Assembly (NCBI GenBank): GCA_030820665.1
Contig: GCA_030820665.1_4852.1
Reading direction: 5' to 3' (one strand)
From: a phage
DNA length: 17,779 nucleotides
Positions 1 to 6,746 of this stretch are shown piece by piece. Numbering within the stretch: the first letter of the stretch is position 1; each line of letters starts with the position of its first letter. The translations under genes were made by a program, and so were the position numbers. The notes below the pieces were generated by a model that was given only the letters and a program-made list of their open reading frames with translations, was not told the origin of the DNA and did not search any database.

Positions 1-168
1 GGAGTAAAAGGTGTGAGTTGGGATGCAGAGAAAAATAAATGGAAGGCGCATTGCAGGGTTTTTGGGAAAAAATATACAGTAGGTAGGTTTTCATCAAAAG
101 AATATGCTGAGAGAGCCGTGGCGGAGTTCAGAGAGAAACATCACGGGGAGTTTTTTAATCATGGCTAG
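1..168 (+). CDS. HNH-AP2 homing endonuclease, 3' end only (5' part lies left of the window)
   Basis: Frame 1 is open from base 1 to TAG 166-168; it is too short for the ORF track. Translation: GVKGVSWDAEKNKWKAHCRVFGKKYTVGRFSSKEYAERAVAEFREKHHGEFFNHG. This is the same C-terminal AP2-type module (GxKGVxW..KW.A...GK...G.F) that ends the full-length HNH ORFs at 8862-9374(-) and 10126-10656(+). Confidence 0.8.
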   Translation, partial: GVKGVSWDAEKNKWKAHCRVFGKKYTVGRFSSKEYAERAVAEFREKHHGEFFNHG

Positions 169-1585
169 AAAAAGACTCTCAAGTGTGGCAATCGAAAAAC
201 TTGAACAGGCGGTTGGAAACTCAACTTCAAAGCCTGAGTCTGCTGTATTTGGCATTGTTAACAAACTGCTTGCCGATGGTACGCCTAATGTTATAAAGCG
301 CCTAAAAATGACATCAACAGGCGTATCTGAAACAAACGAAGAACCAACAATCCTCATTCCCGAGAGAATGGAATTACTGCTTTATCCTCGCCGTTTCAAA
401 GTGTTCTATGGAGGTAGGGGCAGCGGAAAGACGGCTAACGTTGTTTCTTACCTTATAGAAAAGGCAAGATTTCGCAACAGCCGCGTCGGATGCTTTCGTG
501 AGATACAGAACTCAATCAAAGAATCAAGCTATGCCGAACTGGTTGATGAGATAAACAGGAAAGGACACACTCAGGAATATCGTTGCGTGGATGGTGAAAT
601 AACCCACCATTCAACGAGGTCAAAGTTTGTTTTCCGTGGTTTGTGGCGAAATATAACCGCCATTAAGGGTATGGCTGGCCTTACAGATGTATTCTGTGAA
701 GAATCAGAAAATATCAGCCAGGTTTCATGGGATACGCTAATCCCAACAGTCCGCGCCGCTGGCTCTGAAATTATTATTGTTTTTAACCCAAACAAAGAGA
801 CGGACCCGACATGGACTAACTTTGTTGCGCCTTATATTGACAAGATGGTTGACGGCATATATCAGGATGATGACATCGTTGTTGTTAATGTTAATTACAT
901 CCACAACCCGTGGTTCACGGAAGAACTTAAGCAGCACATGAACCAGATGAAAGCTGTGGATTATGATCGCTACCTTTGGGTGTATGAAGGCTTATTCAAC
1001 AAGCGGTCTGACGAAGCTGTTCTCGGGGGGAAATGGCAAACACTCGACTTTGAACCATCTCCTGAGTGGGGTGGGCCTTACTACGGCATTGACTTTGGTT
1101 TTTCTCAGGATGCAACAGCAGCAACTGAATCATATGTAGAAGATTTGGGTGATGGACGAAGAAACCTGTATATCTATCGTGACTTTGCAAAGGTTGGCCT
1201 TGAGATAACTGACACGCCGGAAGCGATGCGCTCAGCATTCCCAAATTCAGAGAAGTACAGATGGTATGGGGATTGCGCAAGACCTGAAACAATAAGCCAT
1301 ATACGACGCTCTGGATTCGATATTCATCCGTGCGCAAAATGGCCGGGGAGCATTGAGGACGGTATTACGTGGCTGCGTGGGTGTGACAGGATTTACGTGC
1401 ACTCAAGATGCAGGCACGTCATTGAAGAGATGACAATGTACAGCTATAAGGTGGACAAATTAACAGGTAACATACTCCCTGATATAGTTGATAAATACAA
1501 TCACGCGATTGATAGTTTACGCTATGGACTTGGAGATCACATCGTTCAACGCGGTAGCGGGATGCTAATCCGGCGCAGGCGATAA
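161..1585 (+). CDS. terL: Terminase large subunit (PBSX/Terminase_3-like ATPase plus RNaseH-like nuclease)
   Basis: ORF 104-1585. The preferred start is ATG 161, with GGGGAG at 145-150; this ATG overlaps the upstream HNH stop (ATGGCTAG). Walker A is 'YGGRGSGKT' and a Walker-B-like motif is 'DVFCEESE'. C-terminal acidic nuclease motifs are 'GIDFGFSQD' and 'HAIDSLRY'. The 474 aa length is typical. Confidence 0.9.
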   Translation: MARKRLSSVAIEKLEQAVGNSTSKPESAVFGIVNKLLADGTPNVIKRLKMTSTGVSETNEEPTILIPERMELLLYPRRFKVFYGGRGSGKTANVVSYLIEKARFRNSRVGCFREIQNSIKESSYAELVDEINRKGHTQEYRCVDGEITHHSTRSKFVFRGLWRNITAIKGMAGLTDVFCEESENISQVSWDTLIPTVRAAGSEIIIVFNPNKETDPTWTNFVAPYIDKMVDGIYQDDDIVVVNVNYIHNPWFTEELKQHMNQMKAVDYDRYLWVYEGLFNKRSDEAVLGGKWQTLDFEPSPEWGGPYYGIDFGFSQDATAATESYVEDLGDGRRNLYIYRDFAKVGLEITDTPEAMRSAFPNSEKYRWYGDCARPETISHIRRSGFDIHPCAKWPGSIEDGITWLRGCDRIYVHSRCRHVIEEMTMYSYKVDKLTGNILPDIVDKYNHAIDSLRYGLGDHIVQRGSGMLIRRRR

Positions 1586-1601
1586 ATCCGCATCACCACA
1601 C

Positions 1602-1642
1602 TTGACCAATCTACACCGAGCGCATAGTATAATCTACATCAG
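1602..1642 (+). promoter_or_regulatory. Candidate sigma70-type promoter for the terL-portal insert cassette, carrying the CTACATCA element
   Basis: TTGACC is at 1602-1607. TAGTAT at 1625-1630 (17-nt spacer) overlaps TATAAT at 1628-1633, followed directly by CTACATCA at 1634-1641. AATCTACA occurs twice (1608-1615, 1631-1638). The string GCATAGTAT..CTACATCA is shared with the leftward promoter at 6386-6402. Confidence 0.5.
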
Positions 1643-1661
1643 GCTTATCGGAGATATCACT

Positions 1662-1868
1662 ATGCGCAGCTATGCAGGGTTCACACAGGAGGAGAAAGAG
1701 CAGGTTTATTCACTGGCTCGGGCTGGTGTGCCAGATGAGGTGATTTGCCGTCGGTATGACATCGACGAGGATTTCCTGCTGCGCGTTATTGATGATGTCT
1801 TCGTTAACCTGCAAGAGAAGCGCGGATATAAAGGTATCTGCTGCAAGAATGATTTTTTGAGAGGGTGA
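1662..1868 (+). CDS. Small HTH-like protein (hypothetical, 68 aa), first gene of the insert cassette
   Basis: ORF 1602-1868 trimmed to ATG 1662 (GGAGA at 1650-1654). 'FTQEEKEQVYSLARAGVPDEVICRRYDIDEDFLLRVI' has the pattern of a short helix-turn-helix, as in small transposase or sigma-region-4-like HTH domains. Confidence 0.6.
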   Translation: MRSYAGFTQEEKEQVYSLARAGVPDEVICRRYDIDEDFLLRVIDDVFVNLQEKRGYKGICCKNDFLRG

Positions 1869-1872
1869 TGTG

Positions 1873-2067
1873 ATGATTAAGATGAGCAAGATGAGCAACA
1901 GAAGCAAGGTTTGCAGGATTGCTTTATTGCCAATCTTCCTGCCTGTGTGGTTGTTATGGGTTTTATTTTCTGGGGCGAGAAATCTATTTGAGTATCTTGA
2001 ATTTTGTCAGGCAAAGGTTATACGAAAATTCCATGATGTCATTGATAAGTGGTTTCCGCTTGGTTGA
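1873..2067 (+). CDS. Small single-pass membrane protein (hypothetical, 64 aa)
   Basis: ORF 1870-2067. ATG 1873 lies 4 nt after the previous stop, with GAGGGTGA as the SD. It has a hydrophobic helix 'IALLPIFLPVWLLWVLF' after a basic N-terminus. Confidence 0.6.
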   Translation: MIKMSKMSNRSKVCRIALLPIFLPVWLLWVLFSGARNLFEYLEFCQAKVIRKFHDVIDKWFPLG

Positions 2068-2076
2068 GGTGATGTG

Positions 2077-2244
2077 ATGAAAATTGAAGAAACAGTTAAC
2101 TGCATGGCGATTAATGTGTTCACGGATTGCGATACCATTTGCGTGCAGGATTTCACTGGCGATTATGTCAGGATTGACAAACACCAAGCCGCGCAGCTAA
2201 TCGAAGTCCTGCAACGCTGGGTTAATGGTGAGGAAATTGAGTGA
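2077..2244 (+). CDS. Hypothetical protein (55 aa)
   Basis: Not in the ORF track (<60 aa). ATG 2077 is preceded by GAGGTGA at 2066-2072. Translation: MKIEETVNCMAINVFTDCDTICVQDFTGDYVRIDKHQAAQLIEVLQRWVNGEEIE. Its stop TGA 2242-2244 overlaps the next ATG, and it exactly fills the gap between two tracked ORFs. Confidence 0.55.
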   Translation: MKIEETVNCMAINVFTDCDTICVQDFTGDYVRIDKHQAAQLIEVLQRWVNGEEIE

Positions 2245-2429
2245 TGAGTGTTTATTTCATTCATGGTGAAGTGCTTGATGGTGGTGATGTTGTTACCAAG
2301 GTTTGCGCGACATCTACGGCATCAAACGCCAGTGAAGCGTTTGATTGGTTTTTGGGTTGCGAATTGGTTGTAAAGTACGAAATAAAAGGCTACGACGTCA
2401 TCATTGATAAACTGGAAAAGGTGGAGTGA
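2244..2429 (+). CDS. Hypothetical protein (61 aa)
   Basis: ORF 2241-2429. ATG 2244 overlaps the upstream TGA (GTGATG). I recognise no family. Confidence 0.55.
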   Translation: MSVYFIHGEVLDGGDVVTKVCATSTASNASEAFDWFLGCELVVKYEIKGYDVIIDKLEKVE

Positions 2430-2626
2430 TGCATTTCAAATCACTAAATACCATAAGGAACGAGATGGTTGGTGGCAAATATAAAAACCACAGAGACGAA
2501 GTAGTAACCGTTGTTAATGTTGTTGGCGCTGGCGGTGGTTATCAGGTCCATTTTAATTACGGCATGCCATACAATGTGGTTTGCGGACTTGGCAAGTTCA
2601 GGCAGCGATACCCGCATAAGGTTTAG
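2429..2626 (+). CDS. Hypothetical protein (65 aa), last gene of the insert cassette
   Basis: ORF 2426-2626. ATG 2429 overlaps the upstream TGA, with GGTGGAG as the SD. It has a glycine-rich centre 'VVGAGGGYQVHF'. I recognise no family. Confidence 0.55.
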   Translation: MHFKSLNTIRNEMVGGKYKNHRDEVVTVVNVVGAGGGYQVHFNYGMPYNVVCGLGKFRQRYPHKV

Positions 2627-2640
2627 CCATATACCATCCA

Positions 2641-2649
2641 TGCTATAAT
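2641..2649 (+). promoter_or_regulatory. Extended -10 element (TGcTATAAT) upstream of the portal gene
   Basis: A perfect TGnTATAAT lies at 2641-2649. The -35 is weak (TTTAGC at 2622-2627). The element overlaps the 5' arm of the terminator hairpin. Confidence 0.35.
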
Positions 2650-2676
2650 CCCATCCAACGTGATGGGATTTTTTAT
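2647..2676 (+). terminator. Rho-independent terminator closing the insert cassette
   Basis: A 9-bp stem pairs AATCCCATC (2647-2655) with GATGGGATT (2662-2670). The loop is 6 nt, and the 3' arm runs into TTTTTTATT. Confidence 0.8.
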
Positions 2677-2685
2677 TGGTGACAT

Positions 2686-4098
2686 ATGTCAAAAATTGAT
2701 GCACTAAACGCTTATATACGCGACCGCGTAGCGAACAATAACCGGGCGATCCAGCAGCAACGGCTTTGCGCTGGCGGGAAGAATCTGGACCAGAAGCGAG
2801 AGTTCATGTGGAAGGAACTTGGCTACCCGCAGGAAATCACCGCCGAGATGTTCCGCTATGCCTATGAGCGACACCCAGCCGCCGCCGCTGGAATTAACCG
2901 CATTATTAATAAATGTTGGCAGAAATACCCTGAAGTTGTCGAAGATGGCGAGGATGACAAGAACTCAACGACATGGGAGCTGTCCATCAACGACATGATG
3001 AAGCGCGCCTACCCGTTCATCAAGGAGGCTGATAAGCGCAACGCCATCAACCGCTATTCCGCTGTTATCCTGCAAATCCGTGACGGCAAACAGTGGAGTG
3101 AGCCTGTAGACATTACAAAAACCCGCCGCATTAAAGATAAATCCATCGCTCGCTTTATTCCGGTATGGGAAGAGCAGCTACGCGTTAGCGCATGGAATAA
3201 CGACGAAACCAGCGAAGACTACGGAATGCCTGAGATGTACGAATATCAGGAAAGCGCCGTGGAGGACTTCGATAGCGATGGCAAGCCTGAGCGTTCCGTG
3301 CAGATTCACCCTGACCGCATCATCATTCTGGCTGAGGGTAGTTTTGACGGCAGTATGTTCAGTGGCATCCCGATGTTGCGTGCTGGCTACAATAGCCTTA
3401 TCGACATGGCTAAGGTTTCAGGTAGTTCAGCAGAAGGATTCCTGAAGAATGCCAGCCGTCAACTGGCTGTTAACTACACGAAGGACAACGTAACGCCAGC
3501 AAGCCTTGCGCAGTCTATGGGTGTCGATATTGAAGAACTCACTGACATCATGAATGAGAACATCGAAGCGCTAAACTCAGGCATCGACGCAGCTATGTTC
3601 ACAATGGGGGCGGATGCAAAGGTGCTTGCCGTAACGCCAGCCGACCCGAAACCAACATGGGAAGTGGCTGCCAACCAGTTCGCTGCATCAATGGCGCTTC
3701 CGTTCACCGTCATTTTTGGTCAGCAAACCGGACGCCTTGCGAGTGATGAGGACAAGATGCAGGAGGCGATGACAGCCAAGCAGCGCCGCGAAACGTGGGT
3801 TGATTATGTCATCTCAATGTTCGTTGAGCGCATGATTCAGTTCGGCATTGTCGATAAAGCACCGGCAAATGGCTACAAGGTTAAGTGGGATGATCTGCTT
3901 GCCCCATCAGAGCTGGATAAAGCTGAATTGCTGTCCAAGCTCGCCACTGCGAACAAGTCCTTCTTTGATGCTGGTCAATCTGCACTGCTGACCGTCGATG
4001 AAGCTCGCGGCATGGTTTGCATGGAGCCAATTGAACTTGACGAAAGCTATCGCGAAGACACACCGCCGGAAGACGAAAATGAAGATACTCCGGTTTAA
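2686..4098 (+). CDS. Portal protein (DUF1073/HI1409-type family, from memory)
   Basis: 470 aa, sitting between terL and the MuF-like gene. It has an acidic C-terminal tail '[14 protein letters not shown]'. The SD is GGTGA at 2677-2681. The family assignment rests on position, size and general resemblance and needs an HMM check. Confidence 0.8.
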   Translation: MSKIDALNAYIRDRVANNNRAIQQQRLCAGGKNLDQKREFMWKELGYPQEITAEMFRYAYERHPAAAAGINRIINKCWQKYPEVVEDGEDDKNSTTWELSINDMMKRAYPFIKEADKRNAINRYSAVILQIRDGKQWSEPVDITKTRRIKDKSIARFIPVWEEQLRVSAWNNDETSEDYGMPEMYEYQESAVEDFDSDGKPERSVQIHPDRIIILAEGSFDGSMFSGIPMLRAGYNSLIDMAKVSGSSAEGFLKNASRQLAVNYTKDNVTPASLAQSMGVDIEELTDIMNENIEALNSGIDAAMFTMGADAKVLAVTPADPKPTWEVAANQFAASMALPFTVIFGQQTGRLASDEDKMQEAMTAKQRRETWVDYVISMFVERMIQFGIVDKAPANGYKVKWDDLLAPSELDKAELLSKLATANKSFFDAGQSALLTVDEARGMVCMEPIELDESYREDTPPEDENEDTPV

Positions 4099-5029
4099 CG
4101 CAAGGCTACCCCAACCGCGCATATCGCAGAGCCTGACAGACCCGCTGGGTGCTGCGACTCGCCTGTCGAAGATGGATAAGGTGATAACGCGCAAATACAA
4201 ACAATTCAGGACTCGTGCTCTTGAGTTGTTTCGCACTATTCCGAACGGTCAGGCTAATGCAGAATCAAGCGGTCTGTATTTCTACGATTTCAGCAGTGCA
4301 CGGGCTGCCACTTTCATGGATGAGTTACAGGCGCTGATTGACGAGATTCTTCTTGAAGGTGATGATTTCGGTCACGGCAGGATGTGGGCCAATGTGTTCA
4401 TTGGTGATGCGTATCAGGCCGGAACACAAAAGGCTAACTCAGAACTGTCAAGCCTGTCTCCGGTTTACGCTGAGCAGAGGCCGATTGCCGCGATACTCTA
4501 CAGTGAGCCTTACCTGAATCGGCTCCAACTGGCTTATACGCAAGGTTACTCAGACTGGCGCGGATTGAGTGATTACTCCCGCCAGCAACTGGCATCTGTC
4601 ATTATGGAAGGCATTGCCCGTGGCGCTAATCCTCGCGATGTTGAAGCTGACATTGTTAAACGTGTTGATGTATCTCACAGCTACGCGAAACAGTTGGCGC
4701 AGACTGAAATAACCGGAACGCTACGTCAGGCTAACAGGCGGGAGGTCATTGAGGCGCGCGAAGAGTTAGGCATTGAGACGGTGATGCTGTGGCAATCGGC
4801 GTTGATGCGCACAACCCGCCAGACGCACGCAGCGCGACACGGACGGTTTTATACACCAGAAGAGATTGACACGTTTTATAGCGAGAATGGCAATAAATAT
4901 AATTGTCACTGTGCACAAACACCAGCATTGCTAATGGATGGGAAACCAGTCATTCTTGAATCCTCGCAGGAAAGGCTTGATAAACAGCGTGAAGCATGGC
5001 AATCAGTCAACAAAAAGCCCTCTAAGTGA
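4079..5029 (+). CDS. Minor head / head morphogenesis protein, Phage_Mu_F (SPP1 gp7) family
   Basis: ORF 3998-5029. The likely start is ATG 4079, a 20-nt overlap with the portal gene; ATG 4172 is the alternative. Hallmarks are '[12 protein letters not shown]', '[12 protein letters not shown]' and 'NCHCAQ', as in MuF-domain proteins. There is no extra C-terminal domain. Confidence 0.8.
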   Translation: MKILRFNARLPQPRISQSLTDPLGAATRLSKMDKVITRKYKQFRTRALELFRTIPNGQANAESSGLYFYDFSSARAATFMDELQALIDEILLEGDDFGHGRMWANVFIGDAYQAGTQKANSELSSLSPVYAEQRPIAAILYSEPYLNRLQLAYTQGYSDWRGLSDYSRQQLASVIMEGIARGANPRDVEADIVKRVDVSHSYAKQLAQTEITGTLRQANRREVIEAREELGIETVMLWQSALMRTTRQTHAARHGRFYTPEEIDTFYSENGNKYNCHCAQTPALLMDGKPVILESSQERLDKQREAWQSVNKKPSK

Positions 5030-5041
5030 GGGCTTGGTTTT
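5015..5041. terminator. Bidirectional intrinsic terminator between convergent MuF-like gene and leftward operon
   Basis: AAGCCCTC (5015-5022) pairs with GAGGGCTT (5028-5035) around a 5-nt loop. It is flanked by an A-run upstream and GGTTTT downstream. The stop codon of the MuF-like gene (5027-5029) sits in the hairpin. Confidence 0.8.
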
Positions 5042-5112
5042 GTCTTGTGAGCATACACAGAACAAATATTATTATCGCATAGCACAATATCTCTACGATG
5101 CTGAATATTGTT

Positions 5113-5757
5113 TTAATCATCCAGTTTCACGCCTGGAATTTTTCCTGCTGCAATGGCTTCATAAATTAGCTTGGCCTCGTCCTCGCGCCTGTAATCTTGA
5201 GCTGCCATTTCTAACACCGCGCAGATAGACTCAAGTACAGCCTCATGCTTCTTTTCTGCTTCTGTGCGTAGTGGTTTTAGGCTTTCCGGTACGAAGCAGC
5301 ATGACCGACCAGCACCACCTTCATCCCAATAGCAAACAGCCACATCGTTTCCGTCCGTTGTTGTCTTGTGCGCTACAACTTCCATTTCAGTGCCAGCATC
5401 AGGAATCCAGTCATTGCAGTATCCTAACTTTGGATTAAAGAAGAATTCTACTTTTGCACCAACTGGCGGCAGGCCTTCTCCATTCCATGTCTGCTTTTGC
5501 AATGCTGCTAGCGCGGATTCATACAAGTCGCGAGTTATCATACAATAATCCGTGGCTACGCTGACATAGCGACCGGGTATGGGGATTGCCACGGTGTACT
5601 GAAATGGCACATCAAAACCATCGCTATATCCCTTTGGGAAACAAAAAGCAATTGTGATACTGTCACCATTGAAATCACCAACTCGACACCTCTCAGCACC
5701 ATCAGGCCACCCACCACGCTTAGGTAATTCTTGAACTAACAGGTCGATAAGTTTCAT
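5113..5757 (-). CDS. Hypothetical protein (214 aa), last gene of leftward 4-gene operon
   Basis: The start ATG overlaps the upstream stop (ATGA), with GGAGAA as the SD. It contains 'WNGEGLPPVGAKVEF', followed by 'LKPLRTEAEKK' and a C-terminal 'IYEAIAAGKIPGV'. I associate this pattern with uncharacterised accessory proteins of enterobacterial (pro)phages; no function is known to me. Confidence 0.7.
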   Translation of the reverse strand: MKLIDLLVQELPKRGGWPDGAERCRVGDFNGDSITIAFCFPKGYSDGFDVPFQYTVAIPIPGRYVSVATDYCMITRDLYESALAALQKQTWNGEGLPPVGAKVEFFFNPKLGYCNDWIPDAGTEMEVVAHKTTTDGNDVAVCYWDEGGAGRSCCFVPESLKPLRTEAEKKHEAVLESICAVLEMAAQDYRREDEAKLIYEAIAAGKIPGVKLDD

Positions 5758-6068
5758 TTTGTTTCTCCCAATGCTTTATTAACCGCGGCACGTGCATTAT
5801 CCAGAGCGCGACGCTTGCTTGATGTTGTCCAGCATTTTCCGGAGTGGTCGTCGTAGATTTCCAGAAGTTGCTGGAGTGCTGATAACAGGTCAGGAGATGC
5901 CGCTATTAGCCTTGCGTTATGCCATTGCTCGGTTTTATCACCGTTATATGTTGGAGTGAATGCAACCTCGACACCAATATCCGAGATAACATCTGGCGCG
6001 TTATCATCACCAACAACAACTTCCCATTTTCCATGCGTACCTTTAAATTCTTTCACATCCAACCTCAC
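5754..6068 (-). CDS. Hypothetical protein (104 aa)
   Basis: The GTG start at 6066-6068 overlaps the upstream stop (GTGA). It contains 'NARLIAASPDLLSALQQLLE', a motif common in uncharacterised phage proteins. Confidence 0.65.
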   Translation of the reverse strand: MRLDVKEFKGTHGKWEVVVGDDNAPDVISDIGVEVAFTPTYNGDKTEQWHNARLIAASPDLLSALQQLLEIYDDHSGKCWTTSSKRRALDNARAAVNKALGETK

Positions 6069-6208
6069 TTAATATACTCAACAATCTCAACTTCACGCAT
6101 CTGCACCAGGCCAAATGGTGCAACCACCTTACCGCACGGACGGATTTTGATTTGCTCAAGGTTGAACACTCCGCAGCGTCCGTTTTCTTTGAATTTGACC
6201 ATTACCAT
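6065..6208 (-). CDS. Hypothetical small protein (47 aa)
   Basis: Not in the ORF track. Read by hand on the minus strand: MVMVKFKENGRCGVFNLEQIKIRPCGKVVAPFGLVQMREVEIVEYIK. It starts 2 nt after the upstream stop, and its TGA overlaps the downstream GTG start. Confidence 0.5.
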   Translation of the reverse strand: MVMVKFKENGRCGVFNLEQIKIRPCGKVVAPFGLVQMREVEIVEYIK

Positions 6209-6210
6209 AA

Positions 6211-6369
6211 TTAATACCCGTTTTTCTTGGCTAATTGTTGCGCACGTTTCTTCGTGTACCCACAGGCCATCAGGCGCTTGACCTCGTTGCGGCGCCTTGC
6301 GAAATGGTACTCACGAGAATTAAATGCACATTCGTTGCTAAAGTTAACATTACGTGGATTCATCTTCAT
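6211..6369 (-). CDS. Hypothetical small basic protein (52 aa; 50 aa if it starts at 6363)
   Basis: Not in the ORF track. Translation: MKMNPRNVNFSNECAFNSREYHFARRRNEVKRLMACGYTKKRAQQLAKKNGY. GAGGTG lies immediately upstream, which favours the ATG at 6363. It is the first gene after the divergent promoter. Confidence 0.5.
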   Translation of the reverse strand: MKMNPRNVNFSNECAFNSREYHFARRRNEVKRLMACGYTKKRAQQLAKKNGY

Positions 6370-6384
6370 CACCTCATTCATCAC

Positions 6385-6441
6385 TTGATGTAGATACTAT
6401 GCACCAACAACCAATCTACGTCAACACCATTGTGATAGAAT
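6385..6441. promoter_or_regulatory. Divergent promoter region: interlocked leftward and rightward promoters plus an extended -10 for the lysis operon
   Basis: Leftward promoter: TTGACG (rc of 6419-6424), 17 nt, CATAGT (rc 6396-6401) or TAGTAT (rc 6394-6399), then CTACATCA (rc 6386-6393). Rightward promoter: TTGATG 6385-6390, 19 nt, ACCAAT 6410-6415, then CTACGTCAA 6416-6424. A second rightward element is TGaTAGAAT at 6433-6441. Confidence 0.55.
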
Positions 6442-6467
6442 TAATCATTATTTGAACTGGAGGCAGA

Positions 6468-6746
6468 ATGAAACTATCGCAACGAGGCGTGGAGACGTTT
6501 GGAATTACCGATGCCGTGAATATATCGCCTTACATCACTACCGAGACAACGCAGAATCAGTTCGACGCGCTGGCAAGTCTTGCCACCGACATTGGCATTT
6601 ACGCGTTCCGTAAATCAACGCTTCTGAAGAAGCACAACCTCCGCTGCTTCTCATGTGCTGTTGCGCATTTCATCGCGTGGGGCGAGAAGACTGGCGACAA
6701 AGCAAAACGCAAAGCTGAAAAAGAGGTTTACTGGTATGGCTATTAG
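6468..6746 (+). CDS. Degenerate GH24 (P22 gp19/T4 e-type) lysozyme-like ORF lacking the catalytic N-terminal region
   Basis: 92 aa, with GGAGG at 6459-6463. 'TQNQFDALASLATDIGIYAFRKSTLLKKHNLRCFSCAVAHFIAW' parallels the conserved C-terminal half of P22 gp19-type lysozymes ('NQNQYDALCSLIFNIGKSAFAGSTVLRQLNLKNYQAAADAFLLW', recalled from memory). The N-terminal 'EEGxRLxAY..D..G..T' catalytic segment is absent. The ORF overlaps the next gene by 11 nt. Confidence 0.6.
   Translation: MKLSQRGVETFGITDAVNISPYITTETTQNQFDALASLATDIGIYAFRKSTLLKKHNLRCFSCAVAHFIAWGEKTGDKAKRKAEKEVYWYGY

Noticed and set aside
94-1337. Minus-strand ORFs 94-357, 571-795, 737-937 and 996-1337 inside terL
   Set aside because: They lie entirely antisense to a confidently identified terL gene. 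They have no SD-like sequences, and their compositions are low-complexity or odd. They are typical shadow ORFs.
1864-2080. Exact 13-mer GGTGATGTGATGA repeated at two gene junctions (1864-1876 and 2068-2080), considered as a recombination or cassette-boundary repeat
   Set aside because: It is explained by overlapping functional signals (SD GGTGA, stop TGA, start ATG). A 13-mer coincidence is not improbable in about 18 kb on two strands. The flanks do not extend the similarity.
3998-4078. Upstream extension of the MuF-like ORF (start at 3998), and similarly 12595-12672 for the scaffold ORF, 6655-6735 for the endolysin and 10806-10859 for the winged-helix gene
   Set aside because: The extensions overlap the preceding gene or promoter elements and lack an SD. 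The internal ATGs have SDs and give N-termini matching family expectations, for example the lambda-R-like 'MAISKNMKAFLDML'.
4079-5029. Possibility of a MuF-fused polymorphic toxin domain
   Set aside because: The ORF ends about 40 aa after the MuF-domain 'NCHCAQ' motif, with only a short basic tail. There is no room for an additional toxin domain or an adjacent immunity gene.
4938-6281. Plus-strand ORFs 4938-5228, 5366-5548 and 5919-6281
   Set aside because: 4938-5228 runs through the terminator and the 3' end of the convergent gene. The others are antisense to the coupled leftward operon. None has an RBS.
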